Below the pieces are notes generated by a model that ran no database searches, was not told where the DNA came from, and saw only the letters and a program-made list of their open reading frames with translations. Shown piece after piece: positions 1 through 11,701 of a DNA stretch of 64,000 nucleotides. This stretch comes from Nitrospirota bacterium (GTDB lineage: Bacteria; Nitrospirota; UBA9217). Positions within the stretch are counted from its first letter, which is position 1; every line of letters begins with the position of its first letter. The stretch spans positions 1 through 64,000 of the forward strand of contig CAVUHW010000027.1 of the NCBI GenBank assembly GCA_963741205.1. The letters run 5' to 3'. The position numbers and the translations under genes were made by a program.

Positions 1-1042
1 GACCGAGGATCCGGTCTTTGGCCGCGTCGGCAAACAGAAGATCGAAAAAGACGGCCAACTGACTCGCAAGCGCATGGAGACCTTTGACGCGGAAGTGCTC
101 GACAAGACGCTGAAATACCTGGACAAGGTGGGCAAGGGCGACAAGCCCTTCTTCGTCTGGTTCAACAGCACCGCCATCCATATCTGGTCGCATTCGCCGA
201 AGAAGTATATCCAGATGGCCGTGGACGAAGGCCGCCCCGAATCCGACGTCGCCCGCGCCAAGATGCTCGAGCATGATGAGCAGGTCGGAGCGCTCTTGAA
301 GAAGCTCAAAGACCTGGGCGTCGACGACAACACCATCGTCATCTACTCCACCGACAACGGTAATGAGATGATGATGTGGCCCGATGCCGGTTATGCTCCT
401 TTCCACGGCGAGAAGGGGACCACCTGGGAAGGCGGCTTCCGCGTGCCGCTGCTTATAAGTGGCCCGGCCATATCGCGCCCGGATCGGAATTCAACGGCCT
501 CCAGAGCCATGAGGACGTCTTTGTCACCCTCGCCGCCGCGGCGGGAATGCCGAACCTCAAGGAAGAGCTGCTCACAGGCAAAAAGATGGGCGACATGACC
601 TACAAGGTCCATCTCGACGGCTACAACCAGCTCGACTACTGGACGGGCAAGGCGCGAGAAGACCGCCCGCCGCGCGTTCTTCTTCTATGACGAGACCGAC
701 CTGATGGCCATCCGCGTGGACGGCTGGAAGATGCACATCGGCGTCAAACCGAAAGGAACCTGGTTCGACGAGAAGACCTACCCCAGCGTTCCGCATCTCT
801 TCAACCTGCTGATGGACCCGCTGGAAAAAATGGACCCGGACTCGGAAGAGTTTGGCTACGTCGGCAAACAATTCTTCGCGAATCACCTGTGGGCGCCGAA
901 CGCAGCCGGTCCCTTCATCGCGGAGCATCTGAAGAGCCTGATGGAGTTTCCGCCGCGCCAGAAAGCGGACACGCTCAGCGTGAAGAAGGCGCTCGAAGAT
1001 GCCATGAAGAAGATGGAAAATCCGAAGGGTGGCAACAACTGA
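1..1042 (+). CDS. Arylsulfatase (sulfatase family), 5'-truncated by the window edge, split by indels
   Basis: ORFs 74-598, 376-690 and 704-1042 join into a protein colinear with the sulfatase at 3435-5052 (KPFFVWFN, STDNG, GEKGTTWEGGFRVP, HLDGYNQ, AIRVDGWK, FPPRQK). Confidence 0.9.
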
Positions 1043-1076
1043 TGTCACGCTCAGGGTAACGCTTATTTAAACTACC

Positions 1077-1119
1077 GGGCCGCACCCGTCGCGAGGCGGG
1101 TGCGGCCCTCTATTCTGTT
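1077..1119 (+). terminator. GC-rich hairpin after the sulfatase, probable intrinsic terminator
   Basis: gggccgcacccgtc-GCGA-ggcgggtgcggccc: 14-bp stem with one G-U pair and a GNRA loop, followed by a weak T tail (tctattctgtt). Confidence 0.55.
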
Positions 1120-1142
1120 GAAAAGGTATTGAACGTCGAAAA

Positions 1143-1211
1143 CGCACTCTAAAGCGTGCGGCTACCCTGTAAAAAAATACTATGATTGGTAGCCGCCGGC
1201 TTTAGCCTGCG
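1143..1211. repeat. Inverted pair of GTAG-type REP-like sequences
   Basis: 1143-1166 reverse-complements to ggtagccgcacgctttagagtgcg; 1188-1211 reads ggtagccgccggctttagcctgcg. Both are GTAG followed by an imperfect palindrome. Confidence 0.65.
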
Positions 1212-1250
1212 TCATACCTGTTACTAAGAACAAACAAGGAGGCCTCGTTA

Positions 1251-3223
1251 ATGAAGATCAGAGACAAAAAACCGACCGCAGCAGAGGACGAGAAGAAGAC
1301 CATTACCTCCGGATCACGCAATACGATCACCCGTCGCGAGTTCCTGATCGGCTCAGCGGCAGTCGGCGCGACGATCCTCCTGCCCGGAGGACTGTTCGCG
1401 GCAGTGGACGGGAAGAAGACCTTCACCATCCTGCACACCAACGACATGCACTCGAGCCTTCATCGGCTGGGCCCGGCCTCGGACTACACGCCGTTCACGC
1501 TCAACGACGACAACGACCCGGGGCGGGTACGCGCGTCTGGCCGGCTTGATCGCGAAGAGGAAGGAAGCACGCAAGGGTCAGGGTCCTGTGCTGGTGCTCG
1601 ACGCGGGCGACTACAGCATGGGGACCGCATTCGGCGCTGCCACCCGCGAGATCGGCGGCGAACTGCAGCTCATGGGCAGAATGGGATACGACGCCACAAC
1701 CTTCGGCAACCATGAATTCGACTACGGGCCTGACGGCCTGGGCAAGTCCATCGGCGTGGCCGCCAAAGCCGGCCGGGTTCCGGCGGTGCTCGCCTCGAAT
1801 ACCAGTTTCGCGGCAAGCGATGCCACGTTGGCCGACCTCCAGCGCCTGACCAAAGAGGGGGTGGTCCGCCGCTACTCGGTGATCGAGCGGGGCGGCATTC
1901 GCTTCGGCCTCTTCGGGGTTATCGGCAAGGAGGCCATCTTCTACGCCAATGGCGGTGCGGTGACCTTCACCGACTCCATCGAGGCTGCCCGGGAAATGGT
2001 GAAGGTCCTGCGCGAAACCGAGAAGGTGGATGTGGTCATCGCTCTCAGCCACGGCGGCGTGCAGAAAGGCAAGGACGGGCGCTTCAGCGATGGCGACGAC
2101 GTGCGCCTGGCCAAGACGTGCCGGGCATCGACGTGGTGATCGGCGGCCACAGCCACACCGAGCTGCAGGAGGCGATCATCGTCAACGGCCGCACGCCCGT
2201 GGTCCAGACCGGAAAGGAAGGGAAGAACCTCGGCGAACTGGTGATCACCCTGGACAGCGGCAAACTGACGGTCGAGTCCTATCGGCTCTACCCGATCGAC
2301 GACACCATTGCCGGCGACCGGGCCATTGCCGACGAGATCGAAAAGCTCAAGAAGGGGGTCACCGCGGCCGTGTTCGCCTCCCGCGGCTACAGCGTCGACC
2401 AGCCACTGGCGATCAGCTCCGCAGGACCTGCCCAACACGTATACCGACATCGCCGCCGGAACGATCCTGGCCAACCTCTGTCACCGACGCTTTCAGAAAG
2501 GCCACGAAAGCGGACATCGGGTTCACCGCCAACGGGCTGATGCGCGCCGGCCTGACCCGGGGAAAGTCAGGCGTGCAAACCGTCTACGATATTTTCGCCG
2601 TGGCGCCCCTCGGCTACGGTGTGGTGGATACGACGGCGGGCAGCGCTCTGGTGACCGGCTATTTCACGGGCCTGGACCTGAAGAATCTGCTCGAGTTCTG
2701 GCTCGTAGACAACCCAGCCCACCCGGGCGAGTTTTTACCCCGCGCCTCCGGCATGAGGTTCCGCTACGACCTGTCGCGCCCGAAGTTCGACGTCGTCACG
2801 GCCATCGAACTGGGCGATCTGGATCGCGGCTACAAGGCGATCGACATCACCGGCAAGGAAGAGCGCTTGTACAGCCTCACCTGTCCCCTGATGCTCGGCA
2901 AATTTATCGTGGACATCCCCAAGAACACCAAAGGCAAGCTGGCTCTTGTTCCCAAGAACAAGGAGGGGCAGCCCCTCAAGTCCAGAGTCGAGGCACTCGA
3001 TGCGCCCCGCGAAAACTCGGGTTATCTGCTGCCGCCTCCGGGCACGATGATGGACAAGGCGAGCGTTGACACCGTGACGGAGAACGGCAGTGTCCGCGAG
3101 ATCAAGGAATGGCAGGCGATCATGGATTACCTCCGCAGTCTGCCGGTCAAGAACAAGGGCGAACTGCCCGTGATCCCGGTCGATGAGCGCGCCAAAGAGG
3201 TCCGGGCGATCAAGGCGGGATGA
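1251..3223 (+). CDS. Tat-exported bifunctional metallophosphatase / 5'-nucleotidase (UshA-like), split by indels
   Basis: Twin-arginine signal TRREFL; motifs ILHTNDMH, VLDAGD, FGNHEFD, ALSHGG and VIGGHSH lie in order across ORFs 1251, 1546, 2118 and 2030; C-terminal 5'-nucleotidase domain. Confidence 0.88.
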
Positions 3224-3434
3224 ACCAATAATTACGATCACTACCGATAGTCCAATAACGAGCAGTCCGAGTAAAAAGATGTAAGACTGAATCCGGATAA
3301 TGGAGTGAACGGTATTGCGTTCTCACTTGAATCCTTGACCCCTTGGTCCTAGAACTCTATTACTATATAGGAGGTGATGAAAGAGACACATAAAGCTGAA
3401 AGAAGAACTATGAAATCTAACAAGGAGGAAAGAC

Positions 3435-5052
3435 ATGAGAACGAAGATAGCAGTAGTGCTCGCCGTAATCATTGTCGGTCTGGCTTTGATCGCCTGCCCG
3501 GCATTTGCGGCGGACAAGAAGCCCAACATCGTCGTCATCATGGGAGATGACATCGGCTGGTTCAACATCGGCGCCTACCACCAGGGCATGATGGCCGGTC
3601 GGACGCCGAATCTCGACAAGCTCGCCAGCCGAAGGCATGCGCTTCACCGATTACTACGCCGAGGCAAGCTGCACGGCGGGTCGCGCCAACTTCGTCACCG
3701 GTGAGCTGCCGATCCGCACGGGCATGACCACGGTCGGTCAGGCCGGCGCCAAACTCGGCATACCGGCGGAGGCCTGCACCATTGCCACTGCACTCAAGGA
3801 GATGGGTTATGCCACGGGCCAGTTCGGCAAGAACCATCTCGGCGATCTCAATGAATTCCTGCCCACCGTTCACGGCTTCGACGAGTTCTTCGGCTATCTC
3901 TATCACCTCGACGCGATGGAGGATCCCGCGCACCCCGCCTATCCGCAGGAGTTGTTGAACAAAGTCGGCCCGCGCAACATGGTCCACTCATGGGCGACGG
4001 ATAAGGATGATCCGACAGAGATGCCGCGCTGGGGCAAGATCGGCAAGCAGAAGATCGAGGACGCCGGCACGCTCTATCCCAAACGGATGGAGACCGTGGA
4101 CGACGAGATCCTCGACTTTACTCTCAAGTTCATGGACAAGGCCAAGAAGGACGGGAAGCCCTTCTTCGTCTGGCTCAACCCGACACGCATGCACATCGTC
4201 ACCCATCTCTCGGAGAAGTATGAGAAGATGCGCAACTCGAAGAACGGCTGGACCATTCATGAAGCCGGCATGGCCCAGCTCGACGACATCGTCGGCGACG
4301 TGATGAAGAAGCTCAAGGACATGGGTGTGGACGACAACACCATCGTCATGTTCACCACCGACAACGGCACCGAGAACTTCACCTGGCCCGATGGCGGACA
4401 GACGCCGTTCTTCGGCGGCAAAGGCACGGGCTATGAAGGCGGTTTCCGCGTGCCTGCGATCATTCGCTGGCCCGGCAAAGTTCCTGCCGGCAAGGTGGAG
4501 AACGGCATCATCTCGGGCATGGACTGGTTTCCGACCTTCCTCGCCGCAGCCGGCAATCCGAACCTCAAGGATGAGTTGCTGAAGGGCAAGAAGATCGGCG
4601 ACAGGACCTACAAGAACCATCTCGACGGCTATAACCAGATGGACATGATCACCGGCAAGGGGCCGTCGAACCGCCATGAGATCTTCTACTTCACGGAAAA
4701 CGCACTCGCCGCGGTCCGTATCGATGATTTCAAGTATCAGTTCATCACCCAGCCTGAAGGCTGGATCGGCAGCAAGGTCCATGTGGACGCGCCGATTCTC
4801 ACGAACCTGCGGCTTGATCCCTTCGAGCGCACGGCATGGCGTGAGGGGAATAACGGCTCGTACGAGTACTTTACTTGGTTCCAGTACGAGTTCTGGCGCT
4901 TCGTGTTTGTCCAGCAGGAAGTGGGCAAGCTCATCCAGACGGCTGTAGAATATCCGCCCATGCAGAAGGGCGCGAGCTTCAATCTTGAAGCCGTGAAGGC
5001 CGAGCTCCAGAAAAAGATGGAGGAGATGCAGAAGCACGCCAGCGGTCAATAA
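3435..5052 (+). CDS. Secreted arylsulfatase (Cys-type), one indel near 3630
   Basis: Signal peptide ending AFA, KPNIVVIMGDDIG, SCTAGRANFVTG (CxAxR formylglycine motif), GKNHLG, TDNG, GKGTGYEGGFRVP. Confidence 0.92.
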
Positions 5053-5121
5053 GTCAAATTGTCAAATGCCAACCCGGCGGCGCGGCCCGTTTTTTGTTTA
5101 TATAGAAGGAATATTACCAAC

Positions 5122-5748
5122 ATGAACAACGTCATCATAAAATTCGTCACGCCGGTACTCCTGCTGTTGGCCATGCTCTTATTCACGTCCTGCGCTACTC
5201 CCAAAGGCACGACAGAGATCACCGCCATTGAAACTCCGGAAGGGGCGATCATCGTGGAAACGACTACTATGACCGCAACCGTTGCGGCCATTAACCCAGC
5301 AAAGCGCAAACTGACGCTCGTTTCATCGAACGGCAGCAAGTCAACCTATAAGGCCGGGCCAGAGGTCGTCAACTTCGACCAGATCCAGGTCGGTGATCAG
5401 ATCAAAGCCGTGGTGACCGAAGAGGTGGCGATCTTCATCGGCAGCGGCGCACCACCCAGCTCGATGACCGAGACCACCGTGGTGATTGTCCCCGCGGGCG
5501 CGAATACGGGCAGCATGCTCGTGGATACTGCACAGATCACCGTCAAAGTCATTGACGTGAATACCGCGAAGCGCAAGGTCACGTTTGAGCTCCCCGACGG
5601 TACCACCAAAACGGTCAAGGTCGGCAAGAAGGCGGACCTCTCCACGGTACGACCAGGCGACAACGTCACCGTGCAGGTAAGCGAGGGCTTCGCCATCACT
5701 GTTGAGAAGAATGACGCTCCTGTCTCAAATGACAGGACAAATATGTAA
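5122..5748 (+). CDS. Hypothetical lipoprotein with two repeated beta-rich (OB-like) modules
   Basis: RBS gaagga; lipobox FTSC; internal repeats 'TATVAAINPAKRKLTL..QIQVGDQI' and 'TVKVIDVNTAKRKVTF..VRPGDNV'; similar to 60273-60839. Confidence 0.75.
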   Translation: MNNVIIKFVTPVLLLLAMLLFTSCATPKGTTEITAIETPEGAIIVETTTMTATVAAINPAKRKLTLVSSNGSKSTYKAGPEVVNFDQIQVGDQIKAVVTEEVAIFIGSGAPPSSMTETTVVIVPAGANTGSMLVDTAQITVKVIDVNTAKRKVTFELPDGTTKTVKVGKKADLSTVRPGDNVTVQVSEGFAITVEKNDAPVSNDRTNM

Positions 5749-5820
5749 TCAGACAAACCTTATATATCCATTTGCGGCTGTAACACTACGTTGTCTCACA
5801 TATTAAAAGGAGAGAAAAAT

Positions 5821-6114
5821 ATGAAAAGCAGAGAGGAACATATCGAAAAATTAGCAGCGCAGCTTAAGGAGTGGTCCGCCAAGATCGATGAACTTGAGTC
5901 CACGGCCCGTGCGGCCAAGGCTGATGTGAAGACCAGTTATGAAAACCAGATCAGGCAACTCAAGGAGAAGCAGGCTGCCTCCATGCAGAAGCTTCAAGAG
6001 CTTAGGGGCGCAAGCACCGAGGCCTGGGAAATTCTGAAGGCTGGCGCGGAAACGTCATGGGCAGATCTTAAGAAGGCCGTCACTGCAGCGACAGAGAAGT
6101 TTAAAAAGCCGTAA
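5821..6114 (+). CDS. Small coiled-coil protein (Sll1863-like stress-protein family)
   Basis: RBS aggag; 'REEHIEKLAAQLKEWSAKIDELE...EAWEILKAGAETSWADLKKA..KFK' is typical of this family. Confidence 0.7.
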   Translation: MKSREEHIEKLAAQLKEWSAKIDELESTARAAKADVKTSYENQIRQLKEKQAASMQKLQELRGASTEAWEILKAGAETSWADLKKAVTAATEKFKKP

Positions 6115-6258
6115 ATGAAACTTTTCAATGAGGAGAACGGTTGAACAGGATAGAAAACAGCTGGTTGGTTCCGGCCAGTCCGGGTTAGAAAGGAATACGG
6201 TACGATTATAACGGTAAAAGATTACTTCCGAACACACCGGCTCCAATTCCTGATCGCG

Positions 6259-7518
6259 GTGCCTGCCGCGGCGGCGTTCGTAGTTGTCCTGTGCATGGCT
6301 ATCGCCGCCATGCGTCCGATGCCGCCGCGTACGGTGACCATGGCCGTTGGTCCTGAAGGCGGCGCATATTATGAGGTTGGAAAACGTTACCGTGAACTTT
6401 TCGCGCTCCAGGGGATCGAACTTCGGCTTCTCCCGACCGCGGGTTCTGTGGAAAACCTGGCACGGTTGCGCGACCCCCGATCGAACGTAGAGGTTGGTTT
6501 TCTGCGGAGCGGTCTTACAAGCGGGGAGGTGTCGCCCGGCCTCGAGTCCCTCGGCACGGTCTGCTATGAACCCCTGTGGTTCTTCTATCGAGGTGTCTTC
6601 CGGGGCAATGTATTGGCAAGACTGCGTGGCAGGAAGATATCGATCGGCTCTGAAGGCAGCGGCACGCGGGAGCTTGCACTCGAACTTCTCAGACGGAACG
6701 GTATCGACGAGAGCTTCGCGCAGCTGCTTTCGCTCACGCCCCAGCAGGCCGGCGAAAAATTGCTTCGGAACGAGATCGACGCGGCGCTCATGCTGACCCC
6801 CTGGGACTCTTCCGTGGTGCAGCAGCTGCTTGCCGATAAAAATATTGAGCTCGCGGGCTTCTCCCGCACGGACGCCTATATTGCGCTTTATCCGTTCCTG
6901 AACAAATTGACGGTGCCCGCCGGGGTGGCTGACCTGGCGAAGAACCGGCCGCCAAAGGATGTGCTGCTGTTTGCGCCGAAGACAAGCCTCGTGGTGCGTC
7001 AAGACCTGCATCCGGCGATCCAGTATCTGCTTCTCGACGTTGCGGAGAAGATCCACTCCAGTCCGGGGATTTTCCAGAAGGCGGGGCAGTTCCCGGCAGC
7101 CGAAGCGATCGACCTCCCGCTGAGCAATGAGGCGCGCCAGTTCTACAAGTCGGGACGGCCTTACCTCCAGCGCCATCTCCCGTTCTGGCTGGTAGTGCTG
7201 GTGGACCGGCTGCTGATCCTGCTCATTCCGTTGATCGGCGTAATCTATCCCTTAGTTCGATTCATGCCTTATTTATATGGTTTGCAAATGCAACGGCGGA
7301 TCTCCCGGTTGTACGGCGAGTTGAGGTCTCTTGAAAAGGATTTGGATTCCCACGATGCTGGACAGAACATTGGAGATCCGAGTTTGCGACTTGACCGGCT
7401 CGAAGAAAAGGCGAACCGTCTCAGCGTGCCCGTATTTTACTCGAACCTGCTGTATACTTTGCGGATGCACATCATGGTCCGCGAACGAATGGAAAAGTCC
7501 GGGGAGAAGGGGAAGTAA
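6259..7518 (+). CDS. TAXI-family solute-binding protein with C-terminal membrane/coiled extension (true start may be slightly upstream)
   Basis: MAVGPEGGAY, TAGSVENL, YEPLWFFYR, GRKISIGSEGSGT, then 'QRHLPFWL' and a TM segment. Confidence 0.85.
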   Translation: MPAAAAFVVVLCMAIAAMRPMPPRTVTMAVGPEGGAYYEVGKRYRELFALQGIELRLLPTAGSVENLARLRDPRSNVEVGFLRSGLTSGEVSPGLESLGTVCYEPLWFFYRGVFRGNVLARLRGRKISIGSEGSGTRELALELLRRNGIDESFAQLLSLTPQQAGEKLLRNEIDAALMLTPWDSSVVQQLLADKNIELAGFSRTDAYIALYPFLNKLTVPAGVADLAKNRPPKDVLLFAPKTSLVVRQDLHPAIQYLLLDVAEKIHSSPGIFQKAGQFPAAEAIDLPLSNEARQFYKSGRPYLQRHLPFWLVVLVDRLLILLIPLIGVIYPLVRFMPYLYGLQMQRRISRLYGELRSLEKDLDSHDAGQNIGDPSLRLDRLEEKANRLSVPVFYSNLLYTLRMHIMVRERMEKSGEKGK

Positions 7519-7809
7519 GCATCTGTTGATCACAAGTGACATTTTGATAAATGGAGACAGCATTCCCCGAAAATTGTTGCGGGCAGCTATAATAACTATT
7601 ATAGAGAAGGGGTCCGCCGCAGACCGCCGGAGCCGGTACGCGCCTTGTGCTCATCGTGCAGCACATCGAAGCCGAAAAATAACGTTTATTCCTGGAGAAA
7701 CAGTAAACACTCGAGTCGTGGGCATGGCTGTCGACAATACAAATAAGGAGCATTCGATACAACGCATGAAAAGGGCGGCTTGCACATGGCCCTAAGAAGG
7801 GAGCATAAG

Positions 7810-8655
7810 ATGAACTCGTTGACCCGCCGACAGCGCATAGTGACGGTACTGATATTGCTGGCAGCAATAGCTGCCGCGATCTTCACAGCGCCCGCGCAAG
7901 CACAATCTGTTGAACCTGCCGACCAGTGGACATTTTCAGTAACGCCCTACCTCTGGCTGCCGAATGTCAACGGCACGCTGAAATACAACATTCCGCCGGG
8001 CGCCCCAGCAAGCCCGGAGGTCGAGACCGGACCGAACAACTATCTCGAGAACCTTCAGGCCGTCATCATGATCTCAGGTGAGGTTCGCAAGGACAAGTGG
8101 TCGGTGTTCACCGATCTCATCTACCTGGACTTCGAGGACCAGAAAAGTTCGGTCAAGGCGGTTGATTTCGGCGGCAGTCGCGTGAGTTCCAGCCTGAATG
8201 TTGGGACCAGTTCATCGTTACGGGGTATGGCCTGGACGCTCGGCACGGGCTACGCGGTCCGGACCGGCCTCGATGTTTTCGGCGGTCTGCGTTACTTCAA
8301 TCTCGAGGTCTCGACCGACTGGCAGCTTGCGGCTGTGATCACCGGTCCTGGTGGCGGGCAATCGTTCCCGCTGTCCGGCGGGATCTCCAGGAGGATGGAG
8401 CTCTTGGACGGGGTCATCGGTATCAGGGGGCGCATACCACTTGGCAGCAGCGACTGGTCGCTCCCATACTACCTCGACGTCGGCGCGGGCTCGTCGAACC
8501 TGACATGGGAGGGGATGCTCGGCGTCGCCTACTCGTTCAGGTGGGGCGCGGTGACACTCGCTTATCGTGAACTTTACTACGACCAGGAGGACGACAAGTT
8601 TATCCAGAACCTGCGCTTCGGCGGCCCGGCGCTTGGTGTGACGTTCCGCTTCTGA
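7810..8655 (+). CDS. Outer-membrane beta-barrel protein, unknown function
   Basis: Signal peptide (AQA), WTFSVTPYLW N-terminal strand, alternating strands, C-terminal GVTFRF (terminal Phe, BAM signal). Confidence 0.8.
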   Translation: MNSLTRRQRIVTVLILLAAIAAAIFTAPAQAQSVEPADQWTFSVTPYLWLPNVNGTLKYNIPPGAPASPEVETGPNNYLENLQAVIMISGEVRKDKWSVFTDLIYLDFEDQKSSVKAVDFGGSRVSSSLNVGTSSSLRGMAWTLGTGYAVRTGLDVFGGLRYFNLEVSTDWQLAAVITGPGGGQSFPLSGGISRRMELLDGVIGIRGRIPLGSSDWSLPYYLDVGAGSSNLTWEGMLGVAYSFRWGAVTLAYRELYYDQEDDKFIQNLRFGGPALGVTFRF

Positions 8656-8963
8656 TCCATGCGTGGAGGGATGGAGTCTTCAGGGTATGCCGGGAACGAA
8701 GTGACGAACGTGCTTTGATCATCATGGAATTACCCATCGGGGGAATAAAATCGAACAGGGAGGGAAGAACATTATGATATCACATGTGAGACGGGTAGCA
8801 GCAGCTGTGGATCAATGACCCTGGCGAGAGGCAGTGGGGGACAGTGCGAGAGGATTACAGCGGAAAGGAAATTCTCGCTATTTCATAACACCGCTGCGGG
8901 AGCGGGAAGGTTTTGGCTAAAGCAGCGGATCACCAATGTTGAAATCATCGGAGGAATAAGACC

Positions 8964-11691
8964 ATGAAAAACGGCGAAGAAGTAAAAAGACTCGATGAAG
9001 CGCGGGAAGGGAAGGTCCCCTGGAAGAAGTGGGGGCCTTACCTCAGCGAACGGCAGTGGGGGACCGTGCGCGAGGACTACAGCGAAGGCGGTGACGCCTG
9101 GAATTTCTTCACCCACGATCATGCCCGCTCGCGCGCCTACCGCTGGGGCGAGGACGGCATCGCCGGCATCTCCGACGACAAGCAGCGGCTCTGCTTCGCC
9201 CTTGCCCTGTGGAACGGGAAGGACGCCATCCTGAAGGAGCGGCTCTTCGGCCTCACGAACAGCGAGGGCAACCACGGCGAGGACGTGAAGGAGTACTACT
9301 TCTATCTCGACAGCACGCCGACCCACTCGTACATGAAGTACCTCTACAAGTACCCCCAGGCGGCCTATCCCTATGCTGACCTGGTAGAGACAAACCGCCG
9401 TCGCACCCGGAACGAGATGGAGTATGAGCTCCTCGACACCGGCGTCTTCAATGACGACCGGTACTTCGACGTCTTCGTGGAGTACGCCAAGGGCGGCGCC
9501 GAGGACATCCTCGTCAAGATCACGGCCTTCAACCGCGGGCCGGAGGCTGCGGAGCTGCACCTCCTGCCCACGCTCTGGTTCCGGAACGACTGGGCGACCT
9601 GGATCACCGAATCCAACAGGGCTGCCGGGAAACCAGACCTCAGCCAGATCAAGGCAGCCGCGGGCACGAGCGCGGTCGAGGCAACGCATTCGCTGCTGGG
9701 TGAGTTCATCTTTTCCTGCGAAGGAGAGGTGCCGCTGCTCTTCACCGAGAACTCGACGAACAACGAACGGCTCTTTCCCGGCCAACCCAATGTCGCCCCG
9801 TACGTCAAGGACGGTATCAACGACTTCGTGGTCCTGGGCCGCAAGGAAGCGGTGAACCCCGAAAAGCAGGGCACCAAGGTTGCGGCGCACTACCGGCAGG
9901 TGGTGGGTCCGCGAGAGTCAGTGACCGTGCGTCTGCGCCTGACCGCCAAAGGCGCTGCCCTGCCGTTCGGGCCGGAGTTCGATGCGATCTTCGCATCACG
10001 GCTCAAGGAGGCGGACGAGTTCTACCGTTCGGTAACCCCGCCCTCGGTCTCCCCGGACGCGGCCAACGTGATGCGCCAGGCCATCGCCGGCATGCTCTGG
10101 AGCAAGCAGTTCTTCTTCTTCGACGGTGACAGCTGGCTGGAGGAGCACCACTCCCATCCCCTCCATCACGGATATCGATTCGCCCGGAACTCGGAGTGGT
10201 TCCACATGGTGAACGAGGACATCATCTCCATGCCCGACAAGTGGGAGTACCCCTGGTACGCGGCATGGGACCTTGCCTTCCACACGCTCCCGCTCTCGAT
10301 CGTGGACCCCGATTTCGCCAAGGAGCAGATGGGGCTGATGCTCCGCGCCGTCTACCTGCATCCCAGCGGCCAGATGCCCGCGTACGAGTGGAACTTCAGC
10401 GACGTGAATCCCCCGGTGCACGCTTTCGCGACGCTCTTCCTGCACCGCACCGAGCAGGCCCTGCGCGGCGAGACGGACGTGGATTTTCTCAAATCGGCGT
10501 TCAACAAGCTGCTGCTGAACTTCACCTGGTGGGTGAACCGCAAGGACCGGTTCGGCAAGAACGTCTTCGAGGGCGGCTTCCTCGGCCTCGACAACATCGG
10601 CGTCTTCGACCGCAGCGCCCCGCTGCCCACCGGCGGCCACCTGGAACAGGCGGACGGCACGGCCTGGATGGCCCTCTTCAGCCAGAACATGCTGGAGCTC
10701 GCCTTCGAGCTCGCCGTCCACGACCCCACCTACGAGGACATGGTCGTGAAGTTCGCAGAGCACTTCGGCTATATCGCCGCGGCCATGAACCGTCCCGGGC
10801 AGGAAGGCATGTGGGACGATGAGGACGGCTTCTACTACGACATCTTGCGACTCCCCGACGGCAGTGCCACGCGGCTCAAGGTGCGCTCCATGGTGGGGCT
10901 CCTGCCCCTGTGCGCCGCCACGGTCATCGAAAAGTCGGCTGCGTGAGCGCATTCCGCGTGCGATGGCCCAGATTAATGAGCGCCTGCGCAGGATGCCCGA
11001 ACTCCTGAAGACCATCCACCCCACGGGCCCCGGCCACTTCGGCGTGGCCGAGCGCGGGATCATGGCCCTGGTCAACCCGGAGCGGCTGCGCCGGATCCTC
11101 ACGAAGATGCTCGACGAGAACGAGTTCCTGGGCCCCTACGGCATCCGCTCGCTCTCGAAGTTCCACGAGCAGCACCCCTACGTCTTCCATGTGCAAGGCC
11201 AGGAGTACCGGGTGGACTATCTGCCTGCCGAGTCGAACACCGGCATGTTCGGCGGCAACTCCAACTGGCGGGGACCGGTCTGGATGCCGGTGAACGCCAT
11301 GATCATCCGGGCGCTGCTGAACTTCTACCTGTACTACGGCGACAACTTCAAGATCGAATGCCCCACGGGTTCGGGGAAGATGATGAATCTCTTCGAGGTG
11401 AGCAAGGAGATCGCGGACCGGCTCGCCCGGATCTTCCTGCGGGATGAGCAGGGCAGGCGTCCTGTCTACGGGGGCACGGAGAAGTTCCAGACCGATCCCC
11501 ATTGGCGCGACAACATCCTCTTCTACGAATACTTCCACGGCGACAACGGCGCCGGGCTGGGCGCGAGCCATCAGACCGGCTGGACCGGGCTCGTGGCCAA
11601 GATCATCCAGCTGTACGGTTTCTTGGATCCCAAGAAGGCGCTGCAGCAGGGAAAAGGCGCGGCGTTCAGTCCGGGTGGCACAAAAAAGTGA
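8964..11691 (+). CDS. MGH1-like / GH63-related glucosidase, copy 1 (indel near 10935)
   Basis: [80 protein letters not shown]. Confidence 0.9.
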
Positions 11692-11701
11692 GGCATCAGA
11701 T

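Noticed and set aside
3324-3357. Short degenerate repeats cttgaatccttgaccccttgg
   Set aside because: Too short and degenerate to call from a single occurrence.
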